Positions 53,861 through 64,000 of a DNA stretch of 64,000 bases are shown piece after piece. The translations under genes were made by a program, and so were the position numbers. The DNA comes from Octopus vulgaris (lineage: Eukaryota). The DNA lies in contig OX597830.1 in the NCBI GenBank assembly GCA_951406725.2, positions 43,772,001-43,836,000 of the forward strand, read 5' to 3'. The notes beneath the pieces were generated by a model, which did no database searches, had not been told where the DNA came from, and was given only the letters and a program-made list of their open reading frames with translations. How positions within the stretch are numbered: position 1 is the stretch's first letter; every line of letters begins with the position of its first letter.

Positions 53861-54033
53861 TTTCTTATATAATGTATATATTTGTGTGCGTGTCTGTTTG
53901 TCCCCACCTCCATCGCTTGACAACTGATGTTGGTGTGTTCACATCCCCCATAACTTAGCAGTTCAACAAAAGAGCGCTCTAACATGGCCAAAGTCAAATG
54001 ACTGAAACAAGTAAAAAAATAAAAGAATTAAAT

Positions 54034-54430
54034 TATAGGAGTGGCTGTGTGGTAGGTAGCTTGTTTACCAGCCACATGGTTCCGGGTTCAGTCCCACTGC
54101 GTGGCACCTTGGGCAAGTGTCTTCTACTATAGCCTCGGGCCGACCAAAGCCTTGTGAGTGGATTTGGTAGACGGAAACTGAAAGAAGCCTGTCGTATATA
54201 TGTATATATATATATATGTATGTGTGTGCGTGTTTGTGTGTCTGTGTTTGTCCCCCTAGCATTGCTTGACAACCGATGCTGGTGTGTGTTTATGTCCCCG
54301 TCACTTAGCGGTTCGGCAAAAGAGACCGATAGAATAAGTACTGGGCTTACAAAAGAATAAGTCCCGGGGTCGAGTTGCTCGATTAAAGGCGGTGCTCCAG
54401 CATGGCCGCAGTCAAATGGCTGAAACAAGT
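54034..54430 (+). mobile_element. tRNA-derived SINE family 1 (well-preserved copy; many others, e.g. 5619-6015 -, 18962-19360 +, 50955-51346 -)
   Basis: A-box tggctgtgtggta, B-box gggttcagtccc, internal microsatellite, tail ...ggtgctccagcatggcc...tgaaacaagta; resembles octopus SINEs. Confidence 0.9.
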
Positions 54431-54451
54431 ATAAGAATAAGAATAAGAAGA

Positions 54452-54525
<74 letters not shown>

Positions 54526-56592
54526 GGTTTCGTTCAGTTTCCGTCTACCAAATCCACTCAGAAGACGCTTGTCCAAGGTACCATGCAGTGGGACTGAACA
54601 AGGAACCATGAGGTGAGGAAGCAAATCTTCTTACTGTACAACCACTCCTGCACCCAAGATTTCAGTGAACTTTAAACTGCCATTAACTAAGCTTTTCTGG
54701 TTTAGGTTTCACAGAGGTATACTTCTTAAAGTTTCTTACTTTCTAAGAAGTTTTCTTCAGCTGCTTCTTACCAAAATATTTGCCTTGTTAACTCAAAGCC
54801 ACTGACTTTCTCATTTTTCTTTTTCTAGTTAGATTTTATTTTTATTTTTTCCTTTCTTTTTTAGTCTGTGGTTCTTGTCAGTGTAAATAAAATAGCTGAA
54901 GAAATTCACTGCAAATATAGGAACAAAACGATTGGTCTTTTCAAAAGAAAGTCATGTTCATATATAGGCCAGCCTATCAACTGAACTAAGGCAGCGAGCT
55001 GGCAGAAGTGTTAGCATGCCAGGCGAAATGCTTAGCAGTATTTCGTCAGTCTTTACATTCTGAATTCAAATTCCACCATGGTCGACTTTGCTTTTCATCC
55101 TTTCAGGGTCGATAAATAAAGTACCCATTATGTAGTGAGGTCAATGTAATCGACTGGCCTCTTCTCCCAAAATTTCAGACCTTGTGCCTAGAGTAGAAAA
55201 GGGTAATAATATAAAGAAGGCAGCGAGCTGGCAGAAATGTTAGCATGCCAGGCGAAATGCTTAGTGGTATTTCGTCTGTCTTGACACTCTGAGTTCAAAT
55301 TCTACCGAGGTCGACTTTGCCTTGTTGCGTACCGGGGCCTTGTGCCTAGAGTAGAAATGAATATATCAACTGATATATTGCAGGTCTGTGTTATTTCTTT
55401 TATTTTCTCCAGCCCATTGGTACGAATTATTCCACAACCGATTTCAATCGTTTAGCATTCAGATTCCTCTTTCAAAAGTAATGTTTTTTAATTCACATTG
55501 TTTTGAATTAATCAGACATTATCTTGCAGCTTTGAGATTTCAGTGATGTGATTACCTATTTTTAGAATGACATTGCAGGGTAGGTGTGAGATGCTGGATC
55601 TGAACACAAAACAAGTAGAATTAAAAGAAAGAATATAACATATAGCAGGTGTAGCTGTGTGGTAAGAAGCTTGCTTCCCAACCAGATGGTTCTGGGTTCA
55701 GTTCTACTGCATGACACTTGGATGAGTGTCTTCTACTATAGCTTCATGCTGACCAAAGCCTTATGAGTGGACTTGGTAGACAGAAACTGAAAGAAGCCCG
55801 TCAAATAAATATGTGTATATGCATATGTATTATTTGGAAATTATTTGGATGTGCATTTCAGCACACACTCACATTTATACATGCATGTACACACACACAC
55901 ACACACACACTATCTAAATACACTGAAAGGAATAGGAGAATTGGTGACAGTATTCTTTTATTCTTTTCTTCTTTTACTTGTCTCAGTTACATATATATGA
56001 CGGGCTTCTTTCAGTTTCCATCTACCAAATCCACTCACAAAGCTTTTAGTCGGCCCGAAGCTATAGTAGAAGACACTTGCCCAAGGTGCCACACAGTGAG
56101 ACTGAACCCGGAACCATGTGATTGGTAAACAAGCTGCTTACCACACAGCTATGCCTGTGCCTATGAGGTGTAGTACAAGGAAGGGCGAAACAAAACAGAT
56201 AAGAGAAAGATTAACAGATGCAAGAAAACATTACATTTACTTCTATAAAAGAAAATGTCAAAATGTGTAAGAGTATGTGGAAATAAATTCTATACAAAGA
56301 CACTATTATATACAAAGACACACACAGAAACACACACACACACACACACTGTGGTATAGCAAGAGTGTGTGCTGCCAGGAACAGTCTTTGAATTTGCCTG
56401 CATCTCCCCACTCCCAGCTCTCAAGCCTACACAGCCTTATACAGCACACCCTAAAAGTACAAACATCATAAGAGTGTCACCCAGGGCAGACTATTCCCTT
56501 GCTCCCATCCTAACAATACTATTGACATAGTAGGCATAATTGGTGGAAGGGTAATTGAAGTTGTTAAACACAACATGATACAGTGTAAACTA

Positions 56593-56797
56593 CTGGGTTG
56601 GTGCATTGCCGCTTTTTTTCAATAAATTTTATTCAACAAAAACAATAACAATATTTCCCAAGCAAATGGGAAGCAGTAATTGAAGTAGATGGGGAATATG
56701 CTCCGGAACAATCATTTAAAGATGTTTTTGTTACATGTTGTTATTGTTTTTGTTGAATAAAATTTGTTGAAAAAAAGCTGCAATAATTATGCACCAA
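56593..56797. mobile_element. Mariner-type MITE
   Basis: ttggtgca...tttattcaacaaaaacaataaca versus tgttattgtttttgttgaataaa...tgcaccaa. Confidence 0.7.
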
Positions 56798-57030
56798 GGA
56801 AGTTTACAGCAACATTTAAATACAAGTTAGAAATTCGCTGAGGAGAGTGTGCCCATCCCACTTGCTTTTTTCAATACTTATGTAAATAAATCCCTAAGTC
56901 CACCCACAGAATATCACAGTACATAATCTGTCTTTCTTCAATCAGGATGTCCCTGTAACACTCCTGCAGACAAAGTTACCATATTTATCTTTGCCTTCAC
57001 CTCTATATTGCTTGCATAGACTCTCTTATA

Positions 57031-57077
<47 letters not shown>

Positions 57078-57753
57078 GCACGCACACACACACACATTCT
57101 CACACACAAACGCACACACACACGCACACACACACACACACACACAGCCCTTTTAGAATTGTCTTCTTCCACCACTATTTGTCTCACAAGTTTATCAAGT
57201 TTGAAAAAAACAGGAAATGAAATTGGAAAAACCCAAGCCCCAAGCGACCAACCACCGACTGACTCACAATTGCTTAAAGAAATGGGACTGAGTGTGTTCA
57301 ACCCAGACCAGTCACAATGACACAGAGCCACCGCCGCCCCCGCCCCCGCCCCCTATGGTCACTCACCTTACTAGAAATAGGAGGTGTCGCTGTGTGATAA
57401 GAAGCTTGCTTGCCAACTTCAATGTTCTGGGTTCTGTCCCACTGCATGCCACCTTGGGCAAATGCCTTCTCTTTTAGCCTTGGGCTGACCAAAGACCTGT
57501 CAGTGGATTTGGTACACAAAAACTGAAAGAAACTCGCTGTATATTATTATCAACATCATCATTATTCACTGTTCACTTTCTATACTGGCATGAGTTGGAC
57601 AGCATATATATATATATACATACATCAGCTGTAGAAACACTGCCAAATCAGACTAGAGCCTGGTGCAGCCTCCATGGCTTACCAGACCCCGGTCAAACCA
57701 TCCAACCCATGCTAGCATGGAAAGCGGACGTTAAATGATGATGATGATGATGA

Positions 57754-59655
<1,902 letters not shown>

Positions 59656-60529
59656 TATATCATCATCATTGTCGTCGACATCGTCGTTGTCCTCGTTGTT
59701 TAACGTCTGCTTTCCATGCTGGCATGGGTTGGATGGTTTGACTAGGGCTGGCAAGCCAGAAGGCTGCACCAGGCTCCAGTCTGATCTGGCAAGGTTTCTA
59801 CAGCTGGATGCCTTTCCTAATGCCAACCACTCCAAGAGTTTAGTCAGTGCTTTTTAAATGCCACAAGCATGAGGGCATGTGTGTCTTTGTGTTTGTTCCC
59901 CCCACTATCACTTGACAACTAAGTTACATTCCTGTAACTTAGCAGTTTGCATAAAGGGCCAATAGAATACGTACCAGGTTTTAAAAATAAGGAACGGGGT
60001 CAATTTATTCAACTGAAACCCTTCAAAGTGGTACCCCAGCATGGCCATAGTCCAACAACTGAAACAAGTAAAGGATAAAGCATAAACCTCCACAACCAGA
60101 ATAAGGTTAACCGTTGCCCTAAGAACAATCCAACAACAGTGCTTCTTCAGCCTTTTCATTGTCCAACAGACTAGGCATTAAAATCTAACAAAGAAAATCA
60201 GTTTTCTCCTGGGCAATCTTCCGGGTGCACGCTCAATGAGTATATATTAACTGTAACTTGTCTTTTATTTTAAAATCAAGGTGCCTCATAAGAAACACTG
60301 GTGATGGTGCCATGGAAAAAGCACCCAGTATATTCTGTAAAGTAGCTGGCATTAGAAGGGGCATCCAGCTGTAGGAACCAAGTCAAACACAGACTATGAA
60401 ACCTGGTGCAGCCCCTGGCCTTGTCAGCTCTTGTAAGCTGGCACAGCCCATATCAGCATGGAAAACAGATGTTAAATGACGATGATGATGATGATGATGA
60501 TATTGATGGTGATGAATATAAGTAAATTA

Positions 60530-60905
60530 TGATAATGAGCTTATTGTACAGAAGTACATTCACAATAGTAAAAGAATCCTAAGGAGGAAACAATTGAATA
60601 GGTTCATCAGTGTAGGGGAATTTCAGGAAGCATTGAATTTTCAAAGAATGTCATGTCTTGACAGCAAACAACTGACATGGGTAGAATGTTACATGCTTCA
60701 ATAATTCTGAGCATGAAAAGATTGTTTCTGAAAATCATGGATGCTGCACTGTTTTTTGATAATATAATCATGTCCACAAGTGGTAGAAGTACTGAATTCA
60801 AAATGCTGGCCAAAGTTGTGGGAAATGTGGCAGATAATCTTGTGGGCTTCTACTAAGTCAGCTGCTAGAAGCCAAAATTTTGGTGTGTCAATGCCCTGAG
60901 AACTA
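60530..60905 (-). mobile_element. Degenerate CR1-type LINE 3' fragment
   Basis: EACNILPMSVVCCQD...MLPEI resembles the CR1 C-terminus above. Confidence 0.7.
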
Positions 60906-61792
60906 ACAATCAGGGCAACGGGGGTAAAATGTAAATTTTCAATATTTTTTGTTAATGTAAAAAAATGCTATAAGAGAAAATTACAAATAAAATACATGTC
61001 TAAATGCTTAGATCAGTTTAAGGCTTTATAAACAACACACCCAAGTTAGGTTGGTGTGCTAGTTAATATTCATTCCAAAGACTGCTTCTTTTACTACCAA
61101 CTAATTTATATATGGCCTGCCAGCTTTCTGCGACATCATTGCTGTTAGGCCAGTATTATTCTACATCAGCTTGACTGATTTTCTATCTGGTACTTAGCTT
61201 GGCTAGCTGCCATTGATGATCTGTGATATGTTGAAATCATGTGATATGTCGGTGCCATCTGCCAATGTACTGATAGACTTCCATCAACCAATAATAGAAT
61301 TTCAATGCCTTGTATTATTTATCGTTTCCTCAAAATGATTTTTAACAATGTTTATAAACAACATAAACAAATTAGGTTGGATCAGTTAATTAATTACAAA
61401 TAAAATTATATTCTGAAAACAATTCATTCAACATAAATTGATGTTGGTGGTCAATATTTTGAAAAACATTTGCCCAGATCCTGCTGAGATCCCTGAAGCA
61501 GCATTGATAATGCAATGCAGAATATCCATGAGATGTGTCTTGGAACAACCTAACCTAGAAAATACATGGCATTTCAATAGGCCTGGATCAAAAGATGCAA
61601 TAAATAATTATTGCTTGCTATTTTACCAGTGGCATGTAAAAAGCACCCACTAAACTCTCGGAGTGGTTGACATTAGGAAGGTCATCCTGCTGTAGAAATC
61701 TTGCCAGATCAGATTAGAGCCTGGCGCAGCCTACTGGCTTGCCAGTCCCATCAAACTGCTCAATCCATGCCAGCATGGAAAATGGACGTTAA

Positions 61793-61823
<31 letters not shown>

Positions 61824-62330
61824 CCCTTCCACCAAACAACAAACAGAAGCACTGGGCCACCAGTGATACAACTTTCATAAGCTTAAATTCCCAAGCTTAA
61901 ATTATATCATTAAATGCTTTGATACTATAATAATATATTTTATAATTGTTAGTATTCTAGTCGTGTGTGTGTGTGTGTGTGTGTATGTGTGCATTTCTAG
62001 CCACTATATCTGTGGAGTTGTCTATTTGCCAGGTGCAACAGTAGATGCGAAACCACTGGTAACCTGACCAGTTATTTGCCAAAACAAGGAAATACTACTT
62101 GACAATATAAAAGTATAACTACTCAAATTTTCTTTTAAATTATGCTTTTGTTTTTGACTTATGGATAACTGACCTATAATATATATCCTTGTAATTACTT
62201 AATGGCCATTTTCCATGCTGGCATGGGTTGGATGATTTGACAGGAAGAGCTGCACCAGACTCAGTCATCTGTTTTGGCATGACTTCTTCAGCTGGATGAC
62301 ATTTCTAACACCACAGTATATATATATGAA

Positions 62331-63171
62331 CAGGATGCAGTGAATATATCATCATCTAAATTACACACAAATGAAAATAACACTGACATCTCATTTAATA
62401 GATATATTTACCAAAATTACATTAAAATATCTTGAAATACTGAAGAGTAAATTTATTCAATAAAATCGTCATTGGCTGCAACCACGGCCTCCAGATTATT
62501 TTGGAATCTCTTGCAGCTTTTCTGGACAGTCTCCTTGTTTAAGTTGGTGAATGCTATCATAATTCTTGCCCTTAATTCATCTTTAATGTTACAAGGAGTT
62601 TTGTTGGTCTTTTGCTTAACAGCGCTCCACACATAATAATCAAGGGGATTGCAGTATGGCAAGTTAGATGGCCAAATGTTAGGGGTGATGTGGTTGCAGA
62701 AATTGTCTGACAGTCATGACTGGGTTCTCCTGCTTGTGTGGAATGGTGCAGAGTCCTGTTGCCAGACATAGGATCTTCCAGTAGTCACCCTCTTGACTCA
62801 GGGCAGCACTACCTCCTCCAGGAACTTGTTATAGGCCTCCATGTTGAGTCTGAAGCTGTGTGCAAAGATGTATGGAGGCATAACATTGGCATCACTCCAA
62901 ACGCCATGATGTTGACTGGATGTTTGATTTTTATCACTCTCAATACATGTTTTGGGAACCACCTGTTCATATTGGAACTTCTGGCATGAATGCCAAGCAG
63001 TACAGCATGTTGTTTCCAAATTTCTGGCAGAGTGGATTGCGTCATGGTGCTGTTTTTCTCACAGTCTTCAACTGCTACTACTATACTGTGTAGTCGACAA
63101 AATCAAAAACAAAAATTGTGCATGCGTGAAATTAAAAATATAAAATGGTGACAATTTATCCATCACACCTG
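62331..63171 (-). mobile_element. Tc1/mariner superfamily remnant, DD37D (maT)-like
   Basis: WQQDS..H and CNPLDYYVW motifs; degenerate TIRs caggatgcagtgaatatatc / gacaatttatccatcacacctg. Confidence 0.75.
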
Positions 63172-63401
63172 GTATATACATATGTACATACATATATATA
63201 GACGCCATGATAAATCGTTAGCCACTATACATATTTTTTCTCTCCTTGTTTTTTCTGTGTACCTTTCTGTATATGAGCGTAGGCTCGAAACGTAAAAGAC
63301 TTTCTATTCCTGAGCGTTATACTAATACATCTGTTTGTTTTGTACACCACCTGTCTTAGTCTTTTGTTTTTTTCGTAAACTTTCCCTATATATATATATA
63401 T

Positions 63402-64000
63402 AGACGGGAAGGATGACTTCCCTTTGCAAATACTGACAGGACACAGAAAGTGTGTCTATGGCCAGCTGGAGGAGTGTGTCCTCCTGGGGCTAAAAACTAC
63501 AGTAGCATCCACCCTTAGGGGTAGCCATATTGAGATGGCAAATATATGTCACGATGTGTTACCGCTACTGTATATAACTCACTTTGATATTTATCATTGT
63601 TTGATTTCACTTTTTCAATATCAGCGACAGTGGACGCTGGAAAAAGTATAAGTATTTGTGAAGGAAATCTAATTCTCGCCGACAACTATGATTGTCACAC
63701 GCTGACGAGAGGTCAATACCTCGAAACTCGAGTCCGTGTGTATCATAAGTTGAAGACGGGAAGGATGACTTCCCTTTGCAAATACTGACAGGACACAGAA
63801 AGTGTGTCTATGGCCAGCTGGAGGAGTGTGTCCTCCTGGGGCTAAAAACTACAGTAGCATCCACCCTTAGGGGTAGCCATATTGAGATGGCAAATATACG
63901 TCATGATGTGTTACCGCTACTGTATATAACTCACTTTGATATTTATCATTGTTTGATTTCACTTTTTCAATATCAGCGACAGTGGACGCTGGAAAAAGTA
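63402..64000 (+). repeat. 352-bp tandem repeat (1.7 units visible) carrying a hammerhead ribozyme
   Basis: 63402-63648 is repeated at 63754-64000 with only about 2 substitutions. Confidence 0.95.
63686..63748 (+). ncRNA. Type I hammerhead ribozyme, canonical core
   Basis: CACACG-CUGACGA-GAGGU(CAAU)ACCUC-GAAAC-UCGA-GUC^CGUGUG; distal stem I UAUGAU/AUCAUA. Confidence 0.92.

Noticed and set aside
54034-54110. tRNA gene-like A and B boxes
   Set aside because: SINE heads without a full cloverleaf, repeated many times

Overview
AT-rich, repeat-dense animal genomic DNA. The tRNA-derived SINEs and the RTE/CR1/Penelope content point to an octopus or other coleoid (inferred, not proven). One host gene is visible: a minus-strand, multi-exon gene for a signal-peptide-bearing multi-CUB-domain protein. 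It has six phase-consistent GT-AG exons between 25490 and 8627, a candidate microexon and a candidate start exon, and it probably continues off the left edge. The rest is transposon material: a near-intact CR1-type LINE ORF2, at least six RTE LINE copies with a PHD-like finger inside the RT, a full-length mariner, an intron-containing Tc1, a DD37D-like remnant, MITEs, a Helentron-type element, a Penelope GIY-YIG fragment, SINEs, microsatellites and a 3.2-kb 61-bp minisatellite. The most notable signal is RNA-structural: about ten hammerhead-ribozyme motifs. These include a textbook type I hammerhead inside a 352-bp tandem repeat (retrozyme-like) at the right edge, a canonical one at 7273-7336, copies in fold-back palindromes, and a CpG-rich segment at 13412-13467 holding all three hammerhead strands in non-circularly permuted order with an unpaired stem II. 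All calls were read by eye; no searches or folding programs were run.
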